Shown here piece by piece: positions 26,601 to 41,485 of a DNA stretch of 64,000 nt. The stretch is from Eledone cirrhosa (Eukaryota), in the NCBI GenBank assembly GCA_964016885.1, contig OZ024742.1:344782001-344846000 (forward strand), in the 5' to 3' direction. The position numbers and the translations under genes are program-made. Positions within the stretch are counted from its first letter, which is position 1; every line of letters begins with the position of its first letter. The notes beneath the pieces were generated by a model. It saw nothing but the letters and a program-made list of their open reading frames with translations, did not search any database and was not told where the DNA came from.

Positions 26601-27519
26601 ACCCTGGTATACTTGTTAATACTGTTAGTAGACTTCCAGGAAGTTAGGGAATTCTCCTGGTATACTTGTTAATTCTGTTAGTAGACTTTCAGGAAGCTAG
26701 GGAACCCTGGTATACTTGTTAATACTGTTAGTAGATTTCCAGGATGTTAGGGAACCCTGGTATACTTGTTAATACTCTTAGTAGACTTCCAGGAAGTTGG
26801 GGAGCCCTGGTATACTTGTTAATACTGTTAGTAGACTTCCACGAAGCTGGGGAACCCTGGTATACTTGTTAATACTGTTAGTAGACTTCCAGGAAAGTAG
26901 GGAACCCTGGTATACTTGTTAATACTGTTACTAGACTTTCAGGAAGGTAGGGAACACTGGTATACTTGTTAATACTGTTAGTAGACTTTCAGGAAGTTAG
27001 GGAGCCCTGGTATACTTGTTAATACTCTTAGTAAACTTTCAGGAAGGTAGGGAACTATGGTATACTTGTTAATAATGTTAGTAGACTTCCATGAAGCTGG
27101 GGAACCCTGGTATACTTGTTAATACTGTTAGTAGACTTCCAGGAAGTTAGGGAACCCTGGTATACTTGTTAATACTGTTAGTAGATTTCCAGAAAGTTAC
27201 GCAACCATGGTATACTTGTTAATATTGTTAGTAGACTTTCAGGAAGCTAGGGAACCCTGGTATACTTGTTAATACTGTTAGTAGACTTTCAGGAAGCTAG
27301 GGAACCCTGGTATACTTGTTAATACTGTTAGTAGACTTCCAGGAAGGTAGGGAACCCTGGTATACTTGTTAATACTGTTAGTAGACTTCCAGGAATCTAG
27401 GGAACCCTGGTATACTTGTTAATACTGTTAGTAGATTTCCAGGAAGCTAGGGAACCCTTGTATACTTTTTTAATATTGTTAGTAGACTTCCAGGAAGTTA
27501 GGGAACCCTGGTATACTTG

Positions 27520-30500
27520 TTAATACTGTTAGTAGATCTCCAGGAAGTTGGGGAGCCCTGGTATACTTGTTAATACTGTTACTAGACTTTCAGGAAGGTA
27601 GGGAACCCTGGTATACTCGTTAATACTGTTAGTAGACTTTCAGGAAGTAGGGGAGCCCTGGTATACTTGTTAATACTGTTAGTAGACTTCCACGAAGCTG
27701 GGGAACCCTGGTATACTTGTTAATACAGTTAGTAGACTTCCAGGAAAGTAGGGAACCCTGGTATACTTGTTAATACTGTTACTAGACTTTCAGGAAGGTA
27801 GGGAACACTGCCATACTTGTTAATACTGTTAGTAGACTTTCAGGAATTTAGGGAGCCCTGGTATACTTGTTAATACTCTTAGTAAACTTTCAGGAAGGTA
27901 GGAAACTATGGTATACTTGTTAATACTGTTAGTAGACTTCCATGAAGCTGGGGAACCCTGGTATACTTGTTAATACTGTTAGTAGACTTCCAGGAAGTTA
28001 GGGAACCATGGTATACTTGTTAATACTGTTAGTAGATTTCCAGAAGTTACGCAACCATGGTATACTTGTTAATATTGTTAGTAGACTTTCAGGAAGCTAG
28101 GGAACCCTGGTATACTTGTTAATACTGTTAGTAGACTTTCAGGAAGCTAGGGAACCCTGGTATACTTGTTAATACTGTTAGTAGACTTCCAGGAGTGTAG
28201 GGAACCCTGGTATACTTGTTAATACTGTTAGTAGACTTCCAGGAATCTAGGGAACCCTGGTATACTTGTAAATACTGTTAGTAGATTTCCAGGAAGTTAG
28301 GGAACCATGGTATACTTGATAATACTGTTAGTAGACTTTCAGGACGCTAGGGAAACATGGTATACTTGTTAAACTGTTAGTAGACTTCCAGGAAGATAGG
28401 GAACCCTGGTATACTTGTTAATACTGTTAGTAGACTTCCAGGAAGTTAGGGAACCATGGTATACTTGTTAATAGTGTTAGTAGACTTCCAGGAAGTTGGT
28501 GAACCATGGTATACTTGTTAATACTGTTAGTAGACTTCCAGGAATTTGGGGAACCCTGGTATACTTGTTAATACTGTTAGAATACTTCCACGAAGTTAGG
28601 GAACTCTGGTATACTTGTTAATACTGTTAGTAGATTTCCAGGAAGTTAGGGAACCATGGTATACTTGTTAATATTGTTAGTAGACTTTCAGGAAGCTAGG
28701 GAACGCTGGTAAACTTGTTAATACTGTTAGTAGAGTTCCAAGAAGTTTGGGAACCCTGGTATACTTGTTAATTCTGTTAGTAGACTTTAAGGAAGGTAGG
28801 GAACCATGGTATACTTGTTAATACTGTTAGTAGATTTCCAGGAAGTTAGGGAACCATGGTATACTTGTTAATATTGTTAGTAGACTTTCAGGAAGCTAGG
28901 GAACCCTGGTTTACTTGTTAATACTGTTAGTAGACTTTCAGGAAGCTAGGGAACCCTGGTATACTTCTTAATACTGTTAGTAGATTTCCAGGAAGTTAGG
29001 GAATACTGGTATACATGTTAATACTGTTAGTAGAGTTCCAAGAAGTTAGGGAACCCTGGTATACTTGTTAATTCTGTTAGTAGACTTTCAGGAAGGTAGG
29101 GAACCATGGTATACTTGTTAATACTGTTAGTAGATTTCCAGGAAGTTACCGAACCATGGTATACTTGTTAATATTGTTAGTAGACTTTCAGGAAGCTAGG
29201 GAACCCTGGTATACTTGTTAATACTGTTAGTTGATTTCCAGGAAGTCAGGGAACCATGGTATACTTGTTAATACTGTTATTAGACTTCCAGGAAGTTAGG
29301 GAACCCTGGTATACTTTTTAATACTGTTAGTAGATTTCCAGAAAGTTAGGGAACCCTGGTATACTTATTAATACTGTTAGTAGACTTCCAGGAAGTTAGG
29401 GAATTCTCCTGGTATACTTGTTAATTCTGTTAGTAGACTTTAAGAAGGTAGGGAACCATGGTATACATGTTAATACTGTTAGTAGACTTTCAGGAAGCTA
29501 GGGAACCCTGGTATACTTGTTAATACTGTTAGTAGACTTCCAGGAAGCTAGGAAACCCTGGTAAACTTGTTAATACTGTTAGTAGATTTCCAGGATGTTA
29601 GGGAACCCTGGTATACTTGTTAATACTCTTAGTAGACTTCCAGGAAGTTGGGGAGCCCTGGTATATTTGTTAATACAGTTAGTAGACTTCCACGAAGCTG
29701 GGGAACCCTGGTATACTTGTTAATACTGTTTGTAGACTTCCAGGAAAGTAGGGAACCCTGGTATACTTGTTAATACTGTTACTAGACTTTCAGGAAGGTA
29801 GGGAACACTGGTATACTTGTTAATACTGTTAGTAGACTTTCAGGAATTTAGGGAGCCCTGGTATACTTGTTAATACTCTTAGTAAACTTTCAGGAAGGTA
29901 GGGAACTATGGTATACTTGTTAATACTGTTAGTAGACTTCCATGAAGCTGGGGAACCCTGGTATACTTGTTAATACTGTTAGTAGACTTCCAGGAAGTTA
30001 GGGAACCCTGGTATACTTGTTAATACTGTTAGTAGATTTCCAGAAAGTTACGCAACCATGGTATACTTGTTAATATTGTAAGTAGACTTACAGGAAGCTA
30101 GGGAACCCTGGTATACTTGTTAATACTGTTAGTAGACTTTCAGGAAGCTAGGGAACCCTGGTATACTTGTTAATACTGTTAGTAGACTTCCAGGAAGGTA
30201 GGGAAACCTGGTATACTTGCTAATACTGTTAGTAGACTTCCAGTAATCTAGGGAACCCTGGTATACTTGTTAATACTGTTAGTAGATTTACAGGAAGTTA
30301 GGTAACCATGGTATACTTGATAATACTGTTAGTAGACTTTCAGGACGCTAGGCAAACATGGTATACTTGTTAAACTGTTAGTAGACTTCCAGGAAGATAG
30401 GGAACCCTGGTAAACTTGTTAATACTGTTAGTAGACTTCCAGGAAGTTAGGGAACCATGGTATACTTGTTAATAGTGTTAGTAGACTTCCAGGAAGTTGG

Positions 30501-33500
30501 TGAACCATGGTATACTTGTTAATACTGTTAGTAGACTTCCAGAAATTTGGGGAACCCTGGTATACTTGTTAATACTGTTAGAAGACTTCCACGAAGTTAG
30601 GGAACTCTGGTATACTTATTAATACTGTTAGTAGATTTCCAGGAAGTTAGGGAACCATGGTATACTTGTTAATATTGTTAGTAGACTTTCAGGAAGCTAG
30701 GGAACCCTGGTATACTTGTTAATACTGTTAGTAGAGTTCCAAGAAGTTTGGGAACCCTGGTATACTTGTTAATTCTGTTAGTAGACTTTCAGGAAGGTAG
30801 GGAACCATGGTATACTTGTTAATACTGTTAGTAGACTTTCAGGAAGCTAGGGAACCCTGGTATACTTGTTAATACTGTTAGTAGACTTCCACGAAGTTAG
30901 GGAACCCTGGTATACTTGTTAACACTGTTAGTAGATTTCCAGGAAGTTAGGGAACCATGGTATACTTGTTAATATTGTTAGTAGACTTTCAGGAAGCTAG
31001 GGAACCCTGGTATACTTGTTAATACTGTTAGTAGACTTTCAGGAAGCTAGGGAACCCTGGTATACTTCTTAATACTGTTAGTAGATCTCCAGGAAGTTGG
31101 GGAGCCCTGGTATACTTGTTAATACTGTTACTAGACTTTCAGGAAGGTAGGGAACCCTGGTATACTCGTTAATACTGTTAGTAGACTTTCAGGAAGTAGG
31201 GGAGCCCTGGTATACTTGTTAATACTGTTAGTAGACTTCCACGAAGCTGGGGAACCCTGGTATACTTGTTAATACAGTTAGTAGACTCCCAGGAAAGTAG
31301 GGAACCCTGGTATACTTGTTAATACTGTTACTAGACTTTCAGGAAGGTAGGGAACACTGCCATACTTGTTAATACTGTTAGTAGACTTTCAGGAAGTTAG
31401 GGAGCCCTGGTATACTTGTTAATACTCTTAGTAAACTTTCAGGAAGGTAGGAAACTATGGTATACTTGTTAATACTGTTAGTAGACTTCCATGAAGCTGG
31501 GGAACCCTGGTATACTTGTTAATACTGTTAGTAGACTTCCAGGAAGTTAGGGAACCATGGTATACTTGTTAATACTGTTAGTAGATTTCCAGAAGTTACG
31601 CAACCATGGTATACTTGTTAATATTGTTAGTAGACTTTCAGGAAGCTAGGGAACCCTGGTATACTTGTTAATACTGTTAGTAGACTTTCAGGAAGCTAGG
31701 GAACCCTGGTATACTTGTTAATACTGTTAGTAGACTTCCAGGAGTGTAGGGAACCCTGGTATACTTGTTAATACTGTTAGTAGACTTCCAGGAATCTAGG
31801 GAACCCTGGTATACTTGTAAATACTGTTAGTAGATTTCCAGGAAGTTAGGGAACCATGGTATACTTGATAATACTGTTAGTAGACTTTCAGGACGCTAGG
31901 GAAACATGGTATACTTGTTAAACTGTTAGTAGACTTCCAGGAAGATAGGGAACCCTGGTATACTTGTTAATACTGTTAGTAGACTTCCAGGAAGTTAGGG
32001 AACCATGGTATACTTGTTAATAGTGTTAGTAGACTTCCAGGAAGTTGGTGAACCATGGTATACTTGTTAATACTGTTAGTAGACTTCCAGGAATTTGGGG
32101 AACCCTGGTATACTTGTTAATACTGTTAGAATACTTCCACGAAGTTAGGGAACTCTGGTATACTTGTTAATACTGTTAGTAGATTTCCAGGAAGTTAGGG
32201 AACCATGGTATACTTGTTAATATTGTTAGTAGACTTTCAGGAAGCTAGGGAACGCTGGTAAACTTGTTAATACTGTTAGTAGAGTTCCAAGAAGTTTGGG
32301 AACCCTGGTATACTTGTTAATTCTGTTAGTAGACTTTAAGGAAGGTAGGGAACCATGGTATACTTGTTAATACTGTTAGTAGATTTCCAGGAAGTTAGGG
32401 AACCATGGTATACTTGTTAATATTGTTAGTAGACTTTCAGGAAGCTAGGGAACCCTGGTTTACTTGTTAATACTGTTAGTAGACTTTCAGGAAGCTAGGG
32501 AACCCTGGTATACTTCTTAATACTGTTAGTAGATTTCCAGGAAGTTAGGGAATCCTGGTATACATGTTAATACTGTTAGTAGAGTTCCAAGAAGTTAGGG
32601 AACCCTGGTATACTTGTTAATTCTGTTAGTAGACTTTCAGGAAGGTAGGGAACCATGGTATACTTGTTAATACTGTTAGTAGATTTCCAGGAAGTTACCG
32701 AACCATGGTATACTTGTTAATATTGTTAGTAGACTTTCAGGAAGCTAGGGAACCCTGGTATACTTGTTAATACTGTTAGTTGATTTCCAGGAAGTCAGGG
32801 AACCATGGTATACTTGTTAATACTGTTATTAGACTTCCAGGAAGTTAGGGAACCCTGGTATACTTTTTAATACTGTTAGTAGATTTCCAGAAAGTTAGGG
32901 AACCCTGGTATACTTATTAATACTGTTAGTAGACTTCCAGGAAGTTAGGGAATTCTCCTGGTATACTTGTTAATTCTGTTAGTAGACTTTAAGAAGGTAG
33001 GGAACCATGGTATACATGTTAATACTGTTAGTAGACTTTCAGGAAGCTAGGGAACCCTGGTATACTTGTTAATACTGTTAGTAGACTTCCAGGAAGCTAG
33101 GAAACCCTGGTAAACTTGTTAATACTGTTAGTAGATTTCCAGGATGTTAGGGAACCCTGGTATACTTGTTAATACTCTTAGTAGACTTCCAGGAAGTTGG
33201 GGAGCCCTGGTATATTTGTTAATACAGTTAGTAGACTTCCACGAAGCTGGGGAACCCTGGTATACTTGTTAATACTGTTTGTAGACTTCCAGGAAAGTAG
33301 GGAACCCTGGTATACTTGTTAATACTGTTACTAGACTTTCAGGAAGGTAGGGAACACTGGTATACTTGTTAATACTGTTAGTAGACTTTCAGGAATTTAG
33401 GGAGCCCTGGTATACTTGTTAATACTCTTAGTAAACTTTCAGGAAGGTAGGGAACTATGGTATACTTGTTAATACTGTTAGTAGACTTCCATGAAGCTGG

Positions 33501-34635
33501 GGAACCCTGGTATACTTGTTAATACTGTTAGTAGACTTCCAGGAAGTTAGGGAACCCTGGTATACTTGTTAATACTGTTAGTAGATTTCCAGAAAGTTAC
33601 GCAACCATGGTATACTTGTTAATATTGTAAGTAGACTTACAGGAAGCTAGGGAACCCTGGTATACTTGTTAATACTGTTAGTAGACTTTCAGGAAGCTAG
33701 GGAACCCTGGTATACTTGTTAATACTGTTAGTAGACTTCCAGGAAGGTAGGGAAACCTGGTATACTTGCTAATACTGTTAGTAGACTTCCAGTAATCTAG
33801 GGAACCCTGGTATACTTGTTAATACTGTTAGTAGATTTACAGGAAGTTAGGTAACCATGGTATACTTGATAATACTGTTAGTAGACTTTCAGGACGCTAG
33901 GCAAACATGGTATACTTGTTAAACTGTTAGTAGACTTCCAGGAAGATAGGGAACCCTGGTAAACTTGTTAATACTGTTAGTAGACTTCCAGGAAGTTAGG
34001 GAACCATGGTATACTTGTTAATAGTGTTAGTAGACTTCCAGGAAGTTGGTGAACCATGGTATACTTGTTAATACTGTTAGTAGACTTCCAGAAATTTGGG
34101 GAACCCTGGTATACTTGTTAATACTGTTAGAAGACTTCCACGAAGTTAGGGAACTCTGGTATACTTATTAATACTGTTAGTAGATTTCCAGGAAGTTAGG
34201 GAACCATGGTATACTTGTTAATATTGTTAGTAGACTTTCAGGAAGCTAGGGAACCCTGGTATACTTGTTAATACTGTTAGTAGAGTTCCAAGAAGTTTGG
34301 GAACCCTGGTATACTTGTTAATTCTGTTAGTAGACTTTCAGGAAGGTAGGGAACCATGGTATACTTGTTAATACTGTTAGTAGACTTTCAGGAAGCTAGG
34401 GAACCCTGGTATACTTGTTAATACTGTTAGTAGACTTCCACGAAGTTAGGGAACCCTGGTATACTTGTTAACACTGTTAGTAGATTTCCAGGAAGTTAGG
34501 GAACCATGGTATACTTGTTAATATTGTTAGTAGACTTTCAGGAAGCTAGGGAACCCTGGTATACTTGTTAATACTGTTAGTAGACTTTCAGGAAGCTAGG
34601 GAACCCTGGTATACTTCTTAATACTGTTAGTAGAT
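27520..34635 (+). repeat. Near-identical tandem duplication, 3549-bp unit (71 monomers)
   Basis: Constant offset of 3549: TATACTCGTT 27618/31167, CACTGCCATAC 27811/31360, GGGAATTCTCC 29399/32948. Only three differences noticed by eye. Confidence 0.92.
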
Positions 34636-37600
34636 TTCCAGGAAGTTAGGGAATCCTGGTATACATGTTAATACTGTTAGTAGAGTTCCAAGAAGTTAGG
34701 GAACCCTGGTATACTTGTTAATTCTGTTAGTAGACTTTCAGGAAGGTAGGGAACCATGGTATACTTGTTAATACTGTTAGTAGATTTCCAAGAAGTTACC
34801 GAACCATGGTATACTTGATAATATTGTTAGTAGACTTTCAGGAAGCTAGGGAACCCTGGTATACTTGTTAATACTGTTAGTTGATTTCCAGGAAGTTAGG
34901 GAACCATGGTATACTTGTTAATACTGTTATTAGACTTCCAGGAAGTTAGGGAACCCTGGTATACTTTTTAATACTGTTAGTAGATTTCCAGAAAGTTAGG
35001 GAACCCTGGTATGCTTGTTAATACTGTTAGTAGACTTCCAGGAAGTTAGGGAATTCTCCTGGTATACTTGTTAATTCTGTTAGTAGACTTTCAGAAGGTA
35101 GGGAACCATGGTATACATGTTAATACTGTTAGTAAACTTTCAGGAAGCTAGGGAACCCTGGTATACTTGTTAATACTGTTAGTAGACTTCCAGGAAGCTA
35201 GGAAACCCTGGTAAACTTGTTAATACTGTTAGTAGATTTCCAGGATGTTAGGGAACCCTGGTATACTTGTTAATACTCTTAGTAGACTTCCAGGAAGGTA
35301 CGGAACCCTGGTATACTTTTTAATACTGTTAATAGACTTCCAGGAAGTTAGAGAAACCTGGTATACTTGTTAATACTGTTAGTAGACTTCCAGGAAGCTG
35401 GGAATCCCTGGTATACTTGTTAATACTTTTAGTAGACTTCCAGGAAGTTAGGGAACCCTGGTATACTTGTTAATACTGTTAGTAGATTTCCAGGAAGTTG
35501 GGGAGCCCTGGTATACTTGTTAATACTGTTACTAGACTTTCAGGAAGGTAGGGAACCCTGGTATACATGTTAATACTGTTAGTAGACTTTCAGGAAGTTA
35601 GGGAGCCCTGGTATACTTGTTAATACTGTTAGTAGACTTTCAGGAAGGTAGGGAACTATGGTATACTTGTTAATACTGTTAGTAGACTTCCAGAAAGCTG
35701 GGAAACCCTGGTATACTTGTTAATACTGTTAGTAGACTTCCAGGAAGTTAGGGAACCCTGGTATACTTGTTAATATTGTTAGTAGACTTCCAGGAAGCTA
35801 GGGAACCCTGGTATACTTGTTAACACTGTTAGAAGACTTTCAGGAAGCTAGGGAACCCTGGTATACTTCTTAATACTGTTAGTATATTACCAGGAAGTTA
35901 GGGAATCCTGGTATACATGTTAATACTGTTAGTAGAGTTCCAAGAAGTTAGGGAACCCTGGTATACTTGTTAATTCTGTTAGTAGACTTTCAGGAAGGTA
36001 GGGAACCATGGTATACTTGTTAATACTGTTAGTAGATTTCCAGGAAGTTACCGAACCATGGTATACTTGATAATATTGTTAGTAGACTTCCTTGAAGTTA
36101 GGGAACCCTGGTATACTTGTTACTACTGTTAGTAGACTTCCAGGAAGTTAGGGAACCCTGGTATATTTGTTAATACTGTTAGTAGATTTCCAGGAAGTTA
36201 GGGAACCATGGTATACTTGTTAATACTGTTAGTAGACTTCCAGGAAGTTCGGGAACCCTGGTATACTTGTTAATACTGTTTGTAGATTTCCAGGATGTTA
36301 GGGAACCTTGGTATACTTGTAAATACTGTTAGTAGACTTCCAGGAAGTTAGGGAACACTGGTATACTTGTTAATACTGCTAGTAGAATTCCAGGAACCTT
36401 GGGAACCCTGGTATACTTGTTAATACTGTTAGTAGACTTTCAGGAAGTTGGGGAGCCATGGTATACTTGTTAATACTGTTAGTAGACTTCCACGAAGCTG
36501 GGGAACCCTGGTATACTTGTTAATACTGTTAGTAGACTTCCAGGAAAGTAGGGAACCCAGGTATACTTGTTAATACTGTTACTAGACTTTCAGGAAGGTG
36601 GGGAACACTGGTATACTTGTTAATACTGTTAGTAGACTTTCAGGAAGTTAGGGAGCCCTGGTATACTTGTTAATATTCTTAGTAAACTTTCAGGAAGGTA
36701 GGGAACTATGGTATACTTGTTAATACTGTTAGTAGACTTCCATGAAGCTGGGGAACCCTGGTATACTTGTTAATACTGTTAGTAGACTTCCAGGAAGTTA
36801 GGGAACCCTGGTATACTTGTTAATAATGTTAGTAGATTTCCAGAAAGTTACGCAACCATGGTATACTTGTTAATATTGTTAGTAGACTTTCAGGAAGCTA
36901 GGGAACCCTGGTATACTTGTTAATACTGTTAGTAGACTTTCAGGAAGCTAGGGAACCCTGGTATACTTGTTAATACTGTTAGTAGACTTCCACGAAGTTA
37001 GGGAACCCTGGTATACTTGTTAATACTGTTAGTAGATTTCCAGGAAGTTAGGGAACCATGGTATACTTGTTAATATTGTTAGTAGACTTTCAGGAAGCTA
37101 GGGAACCCTGGTATACTTGTTAATACTGTTAGTTGATTTCCAGGAAGTCAGGGAACCATGGTATACTTGTTAATACTGTTATTAGACTTCCAGGAAGTTA
37201 GGGAACCCTGGTATACTTTTTAATACTGTTAGTAGATTTCCAGAAAGTTAGGGAACCCTGGTATACTTATTAATACTGTTAGTAGACTTCCAGGAAGTTA
37301 GGGAATTCTCCTGGTATACTTGTTAATTCTGTTAGTAGACTTTAAGAAGGTAGGGAACCATGGTATACATGTTAATACTGTTAGTAGACTTTCAGGAAGC
37401 TAGGGAACCCTGGTATACTTGTTAATACTGTTAGTAGACTTCCAGGAAGCTAGGAAACCCTGGTAAACTTGTTAATACTGTTAGTAGATTTCCAGGATGT
37501 TAGGGAACCCTGGTATACTTGTTAATACTCTTAGTAGACTTCCAGGAAGTTGGGGAGCCCTGGTATATTTGTTAATACTGTTAGTAGACTTCCACGAAGC

Positions 37601-40600
37601 TGGGGAACCCTGGTATACTTGTTAATACTGTTTGTAGACTTCCAGGAAAGTAGGGAACCCTGGTATACTTGTTAATACTGTTACTAGACTTTCAGGAAGG
37701 TAGGGAACACTGGTATACTTGTTAATACTGTTAGTAGACTTTCAGGAAGTTAGGGAGCCCTGGTATACTTGTTAATACTCTTAGTAAACTTTCAGGAAGG
37801 TAGGGAACTATGGTATACTTGTTAATACTGTTAGTAGACTTCCATGAAGCTGGGGAACCCTGGTATACTTGTTAATACTGTTAGTAGACTTCCAGGAAGT
37901 TAGGGAACCCTGGTATACTTGTTAATACTGTTAGTAGATTTCCAGAAAGTTACGCAACCATGGTATACTTGTTAATATTGTAAGTAGACTTACAGGAAGC
38001 TAGGGAACCCTGGTATACTTGTTAATACTGTTAGTAGACTTTCAGGAAGCTAGGGAACCCTGGTATACTTGTTAATACTGTTAGTAGACTTCCAGGAAGG
38101 TAGGGAAACCTGGTATACTTGCTAATACTGTTAGTAGACTTCCAGTAATCTAGGGAACCCTGGTATACTTGTTAATACTGTTAGTAGATTTACAGGAAGT
38201 TAGGGAACCATGGTATACTTGATAATACTGTTAGTAGACTTTCAGGACGCTAGGCAAACATGGTATACTTGTTAAACTGTTAGTAGACTTCCAGGAAGAT
38301 AGGGAACCCTGGTAAACTTGTTAATACTGTTAGTAGACTTCCAGGAAGTTAGGGAACCATGGTATACTTGTTAATAGTGTTAGTAGACTTCCAGGAAGTT
38401 GGTGAACCATGGTATACTTGTTAATACTGTTAGTAGACTTCCAGAAATTTGGGGAACCCTGGTATACTTGTTAATACTGTTAGAAGACTTCCACGAAGTT
38501 AGGGAACTCTGGTATACTTATTAATACTGTTAGTAGATTTCCAGGAAGTTAGGGAACCATGGTATACTTGTTAATATTGTTAGTAGACTTTCAGGAAGCT
38601 AGGGAACCCTGGTATACTTGTTAATACTGTTAGTAGAGTTCCAAGAAGTTTGGGAACCCTGGTATACTTGTTAATTCTGTTAGTAGACTTTCAGGAAGGT
38701 AGGGAACCATGGTATACTTGTTAATACTGTTAGTAGACTTTCAGGAAGCTAGGGAACCCTGGTATACTTGTTAATACTGTTAGTAGACTTCCACGAAGTT
38801 AGGGAACCCTGGTATACTTGTTAACACTGTTAGTAGATTTCCAGGAAGTTAGGGAACCATGGTATACTTGTTAATATTGTTAGTAGACTTTCAGGAAGCT
38901 AGGGAACCCTGGTATACTTGTTAATACTGTTAGTAGACTTTCAGGAAGCTAGGGAACCCTGGTATACTTCTTAATACTGTTAGTAGATTTCCAGGAAGTT
39001 AGGGAATCCTGGTATACATGTTAATACTGTTAGTAGAGTTCCAAGAAGTTAGGGAACCCTGGTATACTTGTTAATTCTGTTAGTAGACTTTCAGGAAGGT
39101 AGGGAACCATGGTATACTTGTTAATACTGTTAGTAGATTTCCAAGAAGTTACCGAACCATGGTATACTTGATAATATTGTTAGTAGACTTTCAGGAAGCT
39201 AGGGAACCCTGGTATACTTGTTAATACTGTTAGTTGATTTCCAGGAAGTTAGGGAACCATGGTATACTTGTTAATACTGTTATTAGACTTCCAGGAAGTT
39301 AGGGAACCCTGGTATACTTTTTAATACTGTTAGTAGATTTCCAGAAAGTTAGGGAACCCTGGTATGCTTGTTAATACTGTTAGTAGACTTCCAGGAAGTT
39401 AGGGAATTCTCCTGGTATACTTGTTAATTCTGTTAGTAGACTTTCAGAAGGTAGGGAACCATGGTATACATGTTAATACTGTTAGTAAACTTTCAGGAAG
39501 CTAGGGAACCCTGGTATACTTGTTAATACTGTTAGTAGACTTCCAGGAAGCTAGGAAACCCTGGTAAACTTGTTAATACTGTTAGTAGATTTCCAGGATG
39601 TTAGGGAACCCTGGTATACTTGTTAATACTCTTAGTAGACTTCCAGGAAGGTACGGAACCCTGGTATACTTTTTAATACTGTTAATAGACTTCCAGGAAG
39701 TTAGAGAAACCTGGTATACTTGTTAATACTGTTAGTAGACTTCCAGGAAGCTGGGAATCCCTGGTATACTTGTTAATACTTTTAGTAGACTTCCAGGAAG
39801 TTAGGGAACCCTGGTATACTTGTTAATACTGTTAGTAGATTTCCAGGAAGTTGGGGAGCCCTGGTATACTTGTTAATACTGTTACTAGACTTTCAGGAAG
39901 GTAGGGAACCCTGGTATACATGTTAATACTGTTAGTAGACTTTCAGGAAGTTAGGGAGCCCTGGTATACTTGTTAATACTGTTAGTAGACTTTCAGGAAG
40001 GTAGGGAACTATGGTATACTTGTTAATACTGTTAGTAGACTTCCAGAAAGCTGGGAAACCCTGGTATACTTGTTAATACTGTTAGTAGACTTCCAGGAAG
40101 TTAGGGAACCCTGGTATACTTGTTAATATTGTTAGTAGACTTCCAGGAAGCTAGGGAACCCTGGTATACTTGTTAACACTGTTAGAAGACTTTCAGGAAG
40201 CTAGGGAACCCTGGTATACTTCTTAATACTGTTAGTATATTACCAGGAAGTTAGGGAATCCTGGTATACATGTTAATACTGTTAGTAGAGTTCCAAGAAG
40301 TTAGGGAACCCTGGTATACTTGTTAATTCTGTTAGTAGACTTTCAGGAAGGTAGGGAACCATGGTATACTTGTTAATACTGTTAGTAGATTTCCAGGAAG
40401 TTACCGAACCATGGTATACTTGATAATATTGTTAGTAGACTTCCTTGAAGTTAGGGAACCCTGGTATATTGTTACTACTGTTAGTAGACTTCCAGGAAGT
40501 TAGGGAACCCTGGTATATTTGTTAATACTGTTAGTAGATTTCCAGGAAGTTAGGGAACCATGGTATACTTGTTAATACTGTTAGTAGACTTCCAGGAAGT

Positions 40601-41485
40601 TCGGGAACCCTGGTATACTTGTTAATACTGTTTGTAGATTTCCAGGATGTTAGGGAACCTTGGTATACTTGTAAATACTGTTAGTAGACTTCCAGGAAGT
40701 TAGGGAACACTGGTATACTTGTTAATACTGCTAGTAGAATTCCAGGAACCTTGGGAACCCTGGTATACTTGTTAATACTGTTAGTAGACTTTCAGGAAGT
40801 TGGGGAGCCATGGTATACTTGTTAATACTGTTAGTAGACTTCCACGAAGCTGGGGAACCCTGGGATACTTGTTAATACTGTTAGTAGACTTCCAGGAAAG
40901 TAGGGAACCCAGGTATACTTGTTAATACTGTTACTAGACTTTCAGGAAGGTGGGGAACACTGGTATACTTGTTAATACTGTTAGTAGACTTTCAGGAAGT
41001 TAGGGAGCCCTGGTATACTTGTTAATATTCTTAGTAAACTTTCAGGAAGGTAGGGAACTATGGTATACTTGTTAATACTGTTAGTAGACTTCCATGAAGC
41101 TGGGGAACCCTGGTATACTTGTTAATACTGTTAGTAGACTTCCAGGAAGTTAGGGAACCCTGGTATACTTGTTAATAATGTTAGTAGATTTCCAGAAAGT
41201 TACGCAACCATGGTATACTTGTTAATATTGTTAGTAGACTTTCAGGAAGCTAGGGAACCCTGGTATACTTGTTAATACTGTTAGTAGACTTTCAGGAAGC
41301 TAGGGAACCCTGGTATACTTGTTAATACTGTTAGTAGACTTCCACGAAGTTAGGGAACCCTGGTATACTTGTTAATACTGTTAGTAGATTTCCAGGAAGT
41401 TAGGGAACCATGGTATACTTGTTAATATTGTTAGTAGACTTTCAGGAAGCTAGGGAACCCTGGTATACTTGTTAATACTGTTAGT
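32700..41485 (+). repeat. Near-identical tandem duplication, 4353-bp unit (87 monomers)
   Basis: Offset of 4353: GAAGTCAGG 32796/37149, GGGAATTCTCC 32948/37301 and 35049/39402, AGTATATTACC 35881/40234, CTTGAAG 36091/40444. A 1-bp deletion near 40470 in the second copy. Confidence 0.92.
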
